DNA from: Candidatus Stercoripulliclostridium sp.
GTDB taxonomy: Bacteria; Bacillota; Clostridia; Christensenellales; DTU072
NCBI GenBank assembly: GCA_045631675.1
Contig: JAZQVF010000102.1
Span: forward strand, 315-64,314
Length of the DNA stretch: 64,000 bases
Direction: 5' to 3'
Positions within the stretch are counted from its first letter, which is position 1; every line of letters begins with the position of its first letter. The position numbers and the translations under genes are program-made. The notes beneath the pieces were generated by a model. That model was not told the DNA's origin and ran no database searches. It saw only the letters and a list, made by a program, of their open reading frames with translations. Shown in pieces: positions 55,848 to 64,000 of this stretch.

Positions 55848-57674
55848 TTATTTTTTTCCACGTTCTTTCATAATTTGGCGCATGCGCTCTTCATGAGAAA
55901 GAATTTGTTTACGAATACGTAAAGATTTTGGTGTTACTTCTAAAAGTTCATCGGGTTCAAGGAATTCTATACATTCTTCAAGAGAGAACTTTCTTGGAGT
56001 TTCCAATCTTAGTGCTTCATCAGAACCTGCAGCACGCATATTGGTTACGTGTTTACGTTTACATACGTTTACAGGAATGTCTTCTTGTTTAGGTGAATAA
56101 CCAACAACCATACCTGCATAAACGGGTGTACCAGGATCAATAAACAAAACACCTCTTCCTTGAGCATTATGAAGGCCATAAGTAACAGCTTCGCCCGTTT
56201 CAAAGGCAACAAGAGCTCCGTATTGACGACGTGGCATAGCACCCTTTAAAGGTTGGTATCCTTCAAAAATACTATTCATAATACCCTCACCTCTTGTTTC
56301 CGTCAAAAAGTCAGAACGGTATCCCAAAAGTCCACGTTCAGGAATAACAAACTCCAATTTAATCCTACTATTCATAGGCGTCATATTTATGAGTTCGCCT
56401 TGACGCTTACCCATATTTTCCATAACGGTTCCGACGCATTCTTGAGGTACGTCAACGTACAAACGCTCAATAGGTTCACACAACACTCCATCAACCATTT
56501 TATTGATTACTTTAGGTGTTGATACTTGGAATTCATATCCTTCTCTACGCATATTTTCAATGAGTATTGAAAGGTGAATTTCACCTCTACCAGAAACGAT
56601 AAAACTATCTGCTCTTTCGCCATCTTCAACCTTTAGTGAGACGTCTTTAAGTAGTTCCTTATATAGTCTTGCACGCAAATGACGAGAGGTAACAAACTTC
56701 CCTTCCTTACCTGCAAATGGGCTATCGTTTACAGCAAACAACATTTGTAAAGTAGGTTCTGAAATCTTTACAAAACTAATTGGTTCAACGTTGAGTGGAG
56801 CGCAAATTGTTTCGCCTATCGTAACGTTTTCTATACCACTAAAACTTACAATATCTCCTACTTTCGCTTTTTCAACCGTTCTCTTAGTTAGACCAGTAAA
56901 TTGGTAAATATTGGTTATTTTAGATCTATATACTTTATCATCGTGATAGTTACAAACTGCAACCTCACTATTTGCTTGCATAGCCCCACGTTCAATTCTA
57001 CCAATGGCTATTCTACCAACGTATTCATTGTAATCTATTGCAGAAACCAATACTTGCAATGGTGCATCTTCATCCCCTTGAGGTGGATCAATATGTTCTA
57101 AAATGGTTTCAAACAATGGTGCAAGATTGGTGCCTGGAGTAGATGCTGATAAACTTGCAGTACCCGCTCTACCTGAGCAATAAACTATAGGACTATCTAA
57201 TTGTTCATCAGTTGCATTTAGGTCTATTAAAAGTTCGTATACTTCATCTAATACTTCTGCAAGACGTGCATCTGGTTTATCAACCTTATTGATAACAATA
57301 ATAATCTTATGGTTCATCTCAAGAGCCTTTTGAAGAACGAATCTTGTTTGTGGCATAGGTCCCTCGTATGAGTCAACGAGTAATACTACACCGTTAATCA
57401 TCTTCAAAACTCTTTCTACTTCGCCTGAAAAGTCAGCGTGTCCAGGTGTATCTACTACATTGATCTTTACACCCTTGTACATACAAGAAGTGTTCTTTGC
57501 AAGGATAGTTATTCCACGCTCTCTTTCAAGAGGGTTGTTGTCCATTACACATTCTTCAACAACTTGATTATCCCTAAAAACACCACCTTGATGTAGCATT
57601 GCATCAACAAGGGTGGTCTTGCCGTGGTCAACGTGAGCTATAATTGCTATGTTTCTTAAGTCTTCTCTAATCAT
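55848..57674 (-). CDS. typA: translational GTPase TypA/BipA
   Basis: 608 aa. NIAIIAHVDHGKTTLVD, DTPGHADF, NKVD, and EF-G-like domains. Confidence 0.95.
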   Translation of the reverse strand: MIREDLRNIAIIAHVDHGKTTLVDAMLHQGGVFRDNQVVEECVMDNNPLERERGITILAKNTSCMYKGVKINVVDTPGHADFSGEVERVLKMINGVVLLVDSYEGPMPQTRFVLQKALEMNHKIIIVINKVDKPDARLAEVLDEVYELLIDLNATDEQLDSPIVYCSGRAGTASLSASTPGTNLAPLFETILEHIDPPQGDEDAPLQVLVSAIDYNEYVGRIAIGRIERGAMQANSEVAVCNYHDDKVYRSKITNIYQFTGLTKRTVEKAKVGDIVSFSGIENVTIGETICAPLNVEPISFVKISEPTLQMLFAVNDSPFAGKEGKFVTSRHLRARLYKELLKDVSLKVEDGERADSFIVSGRGEIHLSILIENMRREGYEFQVSTPKVINKMVDGVLCEPIERLYVDVPQECVGTVMENMGKRQGELINMTPMNSRIKLEFVIPERGLLGYRSDFLTETRGEGIMNSIFEGYQPLKGAMPRRQYGALVAFETGEAVTYGLHNAQGRGVLFIDPGTPVYAGMVVGYSPKQEDIPVNVCKRKHVTNMRAAGSDEALRLETPRKFSLEECIEFLEPDELLEVTPKSLRIRKQILSHEERMRQIMKERGKK

Positions 57675-58435
57675 ACTGTTTGTTCTACTATAATGTAGTT
57701 AATATTTTCATCATAAAGCTCGTACAAGCCTTCTGCTTGGGTATAATCTTTTACCCCATTAATTTCAACGTATAAAACAGGGCGAATATAAAATCTCCAA
57801 GTACCACTCCCTTGTGGTAAATGGAATGTTAATCCCTCTTCTAATTGTGAAATAGAATAAGCCTGTGGTTGAAGATCATCTTCTCCTCTCAACTCTTCTT
57901 CATTTAGTGCATCAATTTCATAATAATTAACCACGTATTGGTTTCCCTTATATACGTAAGTAACTGGGGTGAAAGTATCCATATTAATTTGGATTCCCTC
58001 CCCTGCAATATACGTAAAGTTAAAAGGACGTAATTGATCTAAAGTCAATGGATTTACCATATAGGTACACCATGCGCTAAAATCGGAAGTGTTTGACGAG
58101 TATTTACCTATTGCCTTGATTCTATATTCTAAATTACCTTTTATCATTTTTATCGTTGCCATTTCGTTTGAAACGTTACTTAACGTATGAACAACGTCTG
58201 GATAAAGTGAATATCTATATTCAAGCGTATAGGAGTGTGCTCCTGAAATTTTATCCCACGATAACTCTATGATGTAATCAGGCTCGGCAGTAACGTTAAC
58301 TGTCTTAATGCATGGCGTCTTGAGCTTCCTATGGAGTATTCCATAGGTTGCACCAAAACATCCAGCACCTATAATTAGTACTACTACTATGACAATTATC
58401 GCTATTGCCTTTTTCGTGAGCCTTAATTTATCCAT
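57671..58435 (-). CDS. hypothetical single-pass membrane protein with Fn3-like beta domain
   Basis: 254 aa. TM helix AIAIIVIVVVLIIGAGCFG, then ELSWDKISGAHSYTLEYRY, which resembles an Fn3 start. ATGA overlap with typA. Confidence 0.5.
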   Translation of the reverse strand: MDKLRLTKKAIAIIVIVVVLIIGAGCFGATYGILHRKLKTPCIKTVNVTAEPDYIIELSWDKISGAHSYTLEYRYSLYPDVVHTLSNVSNEMATIKMIKGNLEYRIKAIGKYSSNTSDFSAWCTYMVNPLTLDQLRPFNFTYIAGEGIQINMDTFTPVTYVYKGNQYVVNYYEIDALNEEELRGEDDLQPQAYSISQLEEGLTFHLPQGSGTWRFYIRPVLYVEINGVKDYTQAEGLYELYDENINYIIVEQTV

Positions 58436-58439
58436 TCAA

Positions 58440-59690
58440 TTATTTCTTTGCGCTAACCTTCTTGAGATTTGCAAACTTAGGTAGGCCGTCTTCAAGTGGA
58501 GAATTGCTTGAACCTTGAATTAAAGGAAGTGCATATTCAACGTAATCGTTGGTAAGTCCAGTGCCTTCTTCATTAATCCATTCAAGTGGAACTTTCTTTT
58601 CGGTGTTTGCTGCAAATTCTACGGGCATGAGTTTGTAAATGCACTTATAAGTTCCATCACTCATATCACGTTCAAATACTACCATCTTGTCAGTTTCGCC
58701 TTCACAAGCTGCTTTTACTGCCGTACGTCCTGCGGTAAATGCTTCTTCAATGTCGTTACCTGAAGCAAGGTGTGCGCCACAACGTTGCATAAGGTTAAAT
58801 TCAATACCACGAACTTTTACGCCGAATTTTTGGTTAATAAGATCTGCAAGTTGTGCTGCGAGACCACCGAGTTGGGTGTGACCAAATCCGTCCTTTGCTT
58901 TTGCTGCAGAAAGAGTTTCTACGATGAAGTTGCCATCCTTATCACGAATACCTTCAGATACACAAGCAATACACTTACCATTGTTTTTATCCATTACAGC
59001 CTTAACGTCTGCAACAAATTTTTCAACTGAGAAAGGTAGTTCGGGGAGATAAATTAAATCTGCGCCAAGTCCCTTGTAGTTAGCAAGAGCAGCAGCTGCG
59101 GTAAGCCAACCAGCATTTCTACCCATAATTTCTACAACGGCTACTTGTCCCTTATCGTATACTTTAGCGTCAAGATTGAGTTCCATAAGGGTCGTTGCTA
59201 CGTATTTAGCAGCACTACCATAACCAGGACAGTGGTCAGTTCCATATAGATCGTTGTCTATAGTCTTTGGAACACCAATGATATTACATTCATAACCGCT
59301 CTTAAGGAGATACTTACTAATTTTGTTACAAGTATCCATAGAGTCGTTACCACCGTTATAGAAGAAATAACGAACGTTATATTTCTTGAAAACTTCAAGG
59401 ATTCTCTTATAATCAGTTTCATCAACAGATGCGTCTTTAAGTTTATATCTTACTGAGCCAAGACTTGATGAAGGAGTATTCTTCAAGAGAAGAAGTTCTT
59501 CCATATTTTCTTGACCGATATCATAAAAATCTTCTTCAAGTATGCCCTTAATACCATGTGCTGCACCATAAACTGCAGTAATATTCTTTTGTTCAAGAGC
59601 TTCAATAAATACACCTGCTGCACTTGCATTAATTACAGAGGTGGGGCCACCAGATTGGCCAAACATACATGCGCCTACTAAATTCTTCAT
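58440..59690 (-). CDS. pfp: phosphofructokinase-family enzyme, predicted PPi-dependent (diphosphate--fructose-6-phosphate 1-phosphotransferase)
   Basis: 416 aa. SGGPTSVINAS and PKTIDND. The NGGNDSM site has Asp where ATP-PFKs have Gly (GGDGS), and that residue is associated with PPi use. Confidence 0.7.
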   Translation of the reverse strand: MKNLVGACMFGQSGGPTSVINASAAGVFIEALEQKNITAVYGAAHGIKGILEEDFYDIGQENMEELLLLKNTPSSSLGSVRYKLKDASVDETDYKRILEVFKKYNVRYFFYNGGNDSMDTCNKISKYLLKSGYECNIIGVPKTIDNDLYGTDHCPGYGSAAKYVATTLMELNLDAKVYDKGQVAVVEIMGRNAGWLTAAAALANYKGLGADLIYLPELPFSVEKFVADVKAVMDKNNGKCIACVSEGIRDKDGNFIVETLSAAKAKDGFGHTQLGGLAAQLADLINQKFGVKVRGIEFNLMQRCGAHLASGNDIEEAFTAGRTAVKAACEGETDKMVVFERDMSDGTYKCIYKLMPVEFAANTEKKVPLEWINEEGTGLTNDYVEYALPLIQGSSNSPLEDGLPKFANLKKVSAKK

Positions 59691-59728
59691 AGTAAATCTC
59701 CTTTAGTGTGTTTATATTTTTTGTTTTA

Positions 59729-60694
59729 TTAGTATGCTAAACGAGATGCAACTTTCAACATCTCTTTATCTAATTCTTTTTTCATTTCTAATGCTTCGTC
59801 TATTGGTAAATCAATAATCTTGTTTCTCTTTATACCAATAACTTTTGATTCTTTTGAGTCTTTATAAAGCAATTCTACTGCTCTATCCGCGCAACGAGAG
59901 GCCAATACTCTATCTTGCATAGAAGGAGTGCCTCCACGTTGAATATATCCGAGTTTAACCGTTCTAATAGTAATACCAGTACGCTCACTAATTTCCTTTT
60001 TGAGATCTTGGCAATTACCTACACCCTCAGCCAAAACTATGATGTCTGAAATCTTACCTTTGATGATATTTTTTTTCATCCTATCACAGATTTCATTTAT
60101 ATCAAAAGGCAATTCGGGAACGATAATGCTTTCAGCACCGCCGGCAATACCTGAATATAACGCAATGTCACCACAATGTCTTCCCATAACTTCTATGATA
60201 CAAGCACGATCGTGTGAAGTCATAGTGTCGCGTATCTTATTCATGGCATCAAGCACGGTATTAACTGCAGTATCAAACCCCAAAGTATAATCGGTATAAC
60301 CCAAATCGTTATCAATTGTTCCTGGAATTCCCATACAAATAATGCCATGCTTGTTTGATAGGTCTCGCATGCCTCTAAAAGAGCCATCGCCACCGATCAC
60401 AACCAAACCTTCTATCCCATAAGCGTTTAGAACGTCTGCTCCCTTTTTTATGCCCTCATCCGTATTAAATTCGGGACATCTTGCAGTCTTTAGAATTGTA
60501 CCACCTTTATGAATAGTATCAGATACGGAACGGCTGTCCATTCTTTGTAATTCGCCGTTTATTAAGCCTTGGTATCCACGTTCAATACCATAAACTTCCA
60601 TTCCTCTACTACACGCACAACGTACCACGCCTCTAATGGCAGCATTCATACCAGGAGCATCTCCACCGCTTGTTAAAACAGCTATTTTTCTCAT
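59729..60694 (-). CDS. pfkA: ATP-dependent 6-phosphofructokinase
   Basis: 321 aa. MRKIAVLTSGGDAPGMNAAIRGVVR, IGGDGS, PGTIDND. Confidence 0.95.
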   Translation of the reverse strand: MRKIAVLTSGGDAPGMNAAIRGVVRCACSRGMEVYGIERGYQGLINGELQRMDSRSVSDTIHKGGTILKTARCPEFNTDEGIKKGADVLNAYGIEGLVVIGGDGSFRGMRDLSNKHGIICMGIPGTIDNDLGYTDYTLGFDTAVNTVLDAMNKIRDTMTSHDRACIIEVMGRHCGDIALYSGIAGGAESIIVPELPFDINEICDRMKKNIIKGKISDIIVLAEGVGNCQDLKKEISERTGITIRTVKLGYIQRGGTPSMQDRVLASRCADRAVELLYKDSKESKVIGIKRNKIIDLPIDEALEMKKELDKEMLKVASRLAY

Positions 60695-60703
60695 TAAACT
60701 CTC

Positions 60704-61945
60704 CTATTTTCTAAGCTGACCGTTGCCTTTTACAACGTATTTTACGCTTGTCAATTCTCTTAATCCAATTGGCCCACGGACGTGTAGTTTTTGGGTGCTA
60801 ATACCCATTTCTGCGCCAAGTCCTAATTCAAAGCCATCGGTAAAACGAGTTGATGTATTAACGTATACGGCAGAACTATCAACTTCCTTAGTAAACTTAT
60901 CCATTTCACTTTCATCTTGAGTAAGTATACAATCGCTATGATTCGTTCCATACTTATTAATGTGTGATATCGCTTCATCTAAACCATTAACAAGTTTAAT
61001 TTTAATCACCATATCATCGTATTCTCGTGCAAATTCATCCTCGTCAACAAGATTAACGTCGTTACATAAAGCCTTAATTTCATCAGTGCCGTTAACAACC
61101 ACTTTAGCATTCTTTAATGCCTCACATATTACTGGCACGAATGAAGATACCTTTTTGTCAACCAACAAAGTTTCAAGTGCATTGCAGGTGGAAGGTCTTT
61201 GAGTTTTTGCGTTGAGAATGATTGGTATAGCCATGTTAAGATCTGACGTAGGTGCTACGTAAGTATGGCAATTGCCACCAGCAGATGCTATAACGGGCAT
61301 AGTTGCATTCGCAAGTACAACTTTTTTTAAACCTTCTCCACCACGTGGTATTACAACGTCAATATATTTGCTCTCTCGCAACATCTCTGCCGTTGCTTCT
61401 CTATCTTGACTTTCAATAAGACCAACCAAATCAGGAGAAAGGCCATTTTCAATAAGTGCACTCTTTATGCATACTACGAGTTTAGAAACGCTATTTACAC
61501 TTTCACGGCTACCGCGCAATATTACGCCATTGCCACTTTTAATGCAAAGAGCGGCAGCATCAATTGATACGTTAGGACGTGCCTCAAAAATTATTCCTAT
61601 TACACCAAGAGGTGCGCGAACTCTTTTTACAAACAATCCATTTGGAAGTACGTATTCTTCCACAACTTCACCAACCGGGTCGGGAAGAGCAACTATAGCA
61701 TCAAGACCTTCTGCCATTTGCTCTATTCTTTGAGGATTGAGAGCAAGTCTATCAATAAAAGCAGCGTTTCTTTCATTTTGCTTTGCTTTAATTATATCTA
61801 ATTGATTTGCTTCAAGTATAGACTCAGCACTTTCAAGCATAATCTCTTTTGCACGGAGCAACACCCTATTCTTAACCTCAGTGCTAACCCCGGCAAAAGT
61901 ATTGGCTTGTATTTTTGTGCGTTCGCAAATTTCTTTAACTGACAT
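60704..61945 (-). CDS. proA: glutamate-5-semialdehyde dehydrogenase
   Basis: 413 aa. Aldehyde dehydrogenase fold with the catalytic Cys context STCNALETLLV. Confidence 0.9.
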   Translation of the reverse strand: MSVKEICERTKIQANTFAGVSTEVKNRVLLRAKEIMLESAESILEANQLDIIKAKQNERNAAFIDRLALNPQRIEQMAEGLDAIVALPDPVGEVVEEYVLPNGLFVKRVRAPLGVIGIIFEARPNVSIDAAALCIKSGNGVILRGSRESVNSVSKLVVCIKSALIENGLSPDLVGLIESQDREATAEMLRESKYIDVVIPRGGEGLKKVVLANATMPVIASAGGNCHTYVAPTSDLNMAIPIILNAKTQRPSTCNALETLLVDKKVSSFVPVICEALKNAKVVVNGTDEIKALCNDVNLVDEDEFAREYDDMVIKIKLVNGLDEAISHINKYGTNHSDCILTQDESEMDKFTKEVDSSAVYVNTSTRFTDGFELGLGAEMGISTQKLHVRGPIGLRELTSVKYVVKGNGQLRK

Positions 61946-61947
61946 TC

Positions 61948-62682
61948 TTAGTCCTCGTCTTCTACTTCAGGTAAAATTGCGTTGTGGTATACGTTTTGAA
62001 CGTCATCTAATTCTTCAAGTAGACCAATCATCTTTTCAACACTTGCTAAATGACCTTCGGGGTCTACTTCGTTATCAGGTATCATATCTACTGCTGCAGA
62101 AAGTACGCTTACACCATTTGCTTTAAGAGCGTCTGAAACAGTGTATAAATCGGAAGGAGTGGTATAAATTTCAAATACGTCGTCTGCACTTTCGATATCT
62201 TCTGCACCTGCATCAAGAGCAAGCATCATAAGTTCATCCTCATCCATATTCTTTTCAGCAATAATAACACCTTTCTTCTTGAACATAAATGAAACGCAAC
62301 CAGTTTGACCTAATGAACCGCCGTACTTGTCAAATAGATGTCTTACGTCACCTGCAGTACGATTCTTGTTATCGGTAAGTGTTTCAACGATAACTGCAAC
62401 ACCACCTGCGCCATAGCCTTCATAAGTCATTTCTTCATAGTTAACTGCGCCTAATTCACCACTTGCCTTCTTAATAGAACGATTGATAGTATCGTTAGGC
62501 ATAGTGTTTTGTTTTGCCTTTGCAATAACATCACGAAGTTTACTATTAAGGGATGGATCGGGTCCGCCTGCCTTAACTGCAACTGCGATTTCTCTTCCGA
62601 TTTTAGTAAAGATGCTACCTCTTGCAGCATCAGTTTTGCCTTTTTTAATTTTAATATTCGCCCATTTAGAATGTCCGGACAT
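61948..62682 (-). CDS. yebC: YebC/PmpR-family DNA-binding regulator
   Basis: 244 aa. [23 protein letters not shown]-terminus. Confidence 0.9.
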   Translation of the reverse strand: MSGHSKWANIKIKKGKTDAARGSIFTKIGREIAVAVKAGGPDPSLNSKLRDVIAKAKQNTMPNDTINRSIKKASGELGAVNYEEMTYEGYGAGGVAVIVETLTDNKNRTAGDVRHLFDKYGGSLGQTGCVSFMFKKKGVIIAEKNMDEDELMMLALDAGAEDIESADDVFEIYTTPSDLYTVSDALKANGVSVLSAAVDMIPDNEVDPEGHLASVEKMIGLLEELDDVQNVYHNAILPEVEDED

Positions 62683-62702
62683 AATAACCTCCTCGGTTTA
62701 AA

Positions 62703-63458
62703 TTAAAGTTTTCTTAATTTGTCAGCAACTACACTCATTACAATAGATGCACTTACTCCTGCGTTCAAACTTTCTATCTTGCCACTATACATTGGTATAG
62801 CAAGCGTAACATTTGCTCTTTCGCGCATTTCTTTACTTACACCATGTGCCTCTGAGCCAACTACTAAAGCAATAGGAAGAGAGGGAGTATAGTCATACAC
62901 GTTTTTACCACCCATGTCAAGAATGGCAACATTATAATTTTTTAATATCTCGCACGCGCCCGCGTAAGAAAAAGGAACAATATTTGCAAAATAAACGCCA
63001 CCCATAGTTGAACGAACAACTTTAGGGGAATAGGCATCAACGCAATTAATAGAGATAAAGTTATCTATCCCCATTGCCACACCGGTTCTTATGATAGTAC
63101 CCATGTTGCCTGCATCTGAAATACCATCTAATACCATAACGATATCTCCTGTAATTTCTCTTTGCTTAGGTAAAGAGCATATTGCTAAGATACCTTGAGA
63201 GTTAACGGTATCAGTTAGTTTCTCAAACACAAAATCAGCAACTATGGTTGCTTCAATGCCCAACTTGTTAGCAATCGGCAACAAGTCTTCCACTTTTGAT
63301 TCTGCAATATAAAGTTCTTTTGCATAACCTATCGGCATATCGCTGACGAGGTTTACTCCTTCAACGACAAATAGCGAGTGCTTTGCCCTCGCCTTTTTGT
63401 CGCTTAAGCTACGAATTAGCTTAACCTTATCGTTCGCTGAAGAAGTTATAAATTTCAT
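62703..63458 (-). CDS. TrmH/SpoU-family RNA 2'-O-methyltransferase (RlmB/YsgA-like)
   Basis: Motifs GNMGTIIRT, LVVGSEAHGVS and IESLNAGVSASIVM. I prefer ATG 63458, because the TTG start at 63482 lies inside the rplT terminator hairpin. Confidence 0.8.
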   Translation of the reverse strand: MKFITSSANDKVKLIRSLSDKKARAKHSLFVVEGVNLVSDMPIGYAKELYIAESKVEDLLPIANKLGIEATIVADFVFEKLTDTVNSQGILAICSLPKQREITGDIVMVLDGISDAGNMGTIIRTGVAMGIDNFISINCVDAYSPKVVRSTMGGVYFANIVPFSYAGACEILKNYNVAILDMGGKNVYDYTPSLPIALVVGSEAHGVSKEMRERANVTLAIPMYSGKIESLNAGVSASIVMSVVADKLRKL

Positions 63459-63464
63459 TAAATT

Positions 63465-63497
63465 TAACAAATGAGCCTTCAAGAAATTGAAGGCTCA
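63465..63497 (-). terminator. terminator after rpmI-rplT
   Basis: 11-bp stem TGAGCCTTCAA-tttc-TTGAAGGCTCA followed by TTTGTT on the minus strand. Confidence 0.7.
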
Positions 63498-63502
63498 CGA
63501 TA

Positions 63503-63859
63503 TTATGCGTTAATAGCAGCCTTAGCTTGCTCGCAAAGAGCAGTGAATGCTGCTGCATCGTTAATAGCGATGTCAGCAAGAACCTTACGGTTGAGATCAA
63601 TACCTGCAACCTTTAGGCCGTGCATAAGGCGTGAGTATGAAATGTTGTTAAGTCTTGCAGCTGCGTTGATACGAGCGATCCAAAGTCTTCTGAAATCTCT
63701 CTTCTTGAGTCTTCTGCCAACGTATGCATATTGGCCAGACTTCATAACTGCTTCACGAGCTACGCGATATAACTTACTCTTAGCACCAAAGTAACCTTTG
63801 GCTTGCTTCATGATTTTTCTCTTTTTCTTTAATGCAGTAACAGCTCTCTTAATTCTCAT
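63503..63859 (-). CDS. rplT: 50S ribosomal protein L20
   Basis: 118 aa. [43 protein letters not shown]. Confidence 0.97.
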   Translation of the reverse strand: MRIKRAVTALKKKRKIMKQAKGYFGAKSKLYRVAREAVMKSGQYAYVGRRLKKRDFRRLWIARINAAARLNNISYSRLMHGLKVAGIDLNRKVLADIAINDAAAFTALCEQAKAAINA

Positions 63860-63874
63860 TATCTTGCCCTCCTA

Positions 63875-64000
63875 CTACTTTTGTCCGTAGATCATATTGC
63901 TAATGGTCTTAGCTTGGGTTTCATTAACATATGCACCTTGGCGAAGATTTCTCTTACGTTTACGGGTTTTCTTGTTAAGAATGTGGTTCTTGTTTTGCTT
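63875..64000 (-). CDS. rpmI: 50S ribosomal protein L35, C-terminal part (5' end beyond the window)
   Basis: My translation of the minus strand gives ...KQNKNHILNKKTRKRKRNLRQGAYVNETQAKTISNMIYGQK, with a stop at 63877-63875. Confidence 0.85.
   Translation of the reverse strand, partial: KQNKNHILNKKTRKRKRNLRQGAYVNETQAKTISNMIYGQK

Noticed and set aside
60704-61945. proA without an adjacent proB or proC as a sign of a broken proline pathway
   Set aside because: This cannot be judged from one window, because proB and proC may be elsewhere. Gene order for proline biosynthesis is variable in Firmicutes.

Overview
This is a 64-kb, AT-rich, very gene-dense chromosomal segment. I infer a low-GC endospore-forming Firmicute (Clostridia-like) from four things: SpoIVA, a SpoIVFB-like site-2 protease, a long Bacillus-type SRP RNA, and a deacetylase / M16 peptidase / FtsK order resembling Bacillus ylxY-mlpA...spoIIIE. 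I call about 54 CDS (most on the minus strand, two running off the window edges), 9 tRNA genes in three loci and one SRP RNA. The content is overwhelmingly housekeeping: aaRS genes (glyQS, proS, valS), asd-dapA-dapB, guaB, parE/parC-type topoisomerase, der, hflX, typA, pfkA plus a PPi-type PFK, proA, yebC, rpmI-rplT, minDE, maf and an MreB-like protein. There are also a few sugar-utilisation genes: eda-kdgK, a GH109-like oxidoreductase, and GH30-like and GH36-like hydrolases. I see no transposase, integrase or phage genes, no CRISPR array, and no recognisable defence or toxin-antitoxin module. I did not find a convincing self-contained novel multi-gene system. The best leads are small-scale or contextual: (1) a reduced and rearranged maf-mreB...minDE-spoIVFB morphogenesis neighbourhood containing a degenerate MreB-like protein and a divergent MinE; (2) an SRP RNA whose helix-8 apex is not the usual GGAA tetraloop; (3) a tRNA-Gly(UCC) with C at the invariant U55 position; (4) a shared CGCGCG-containing promoter architecture upstream of two aaRS operons that lack T-box leaders; (5) an SD-sequestering, terminator-like hairpin abutting the minD start codon; (6) several tightly packed operons that mix known enzymes with orphan membrane, lipoprotein, LRR or TPR proteins. 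The ORF track uses ATG, GTG and TTG and always takes the longest ORF, so I trimmed several starts to an ATG with a good Shine-Dalgarno. RNA and regulatory coordinates were hand-counted and may be off by 1-2 nt. All family assignments rest on motifs I recognise in the translations, not on database searches.
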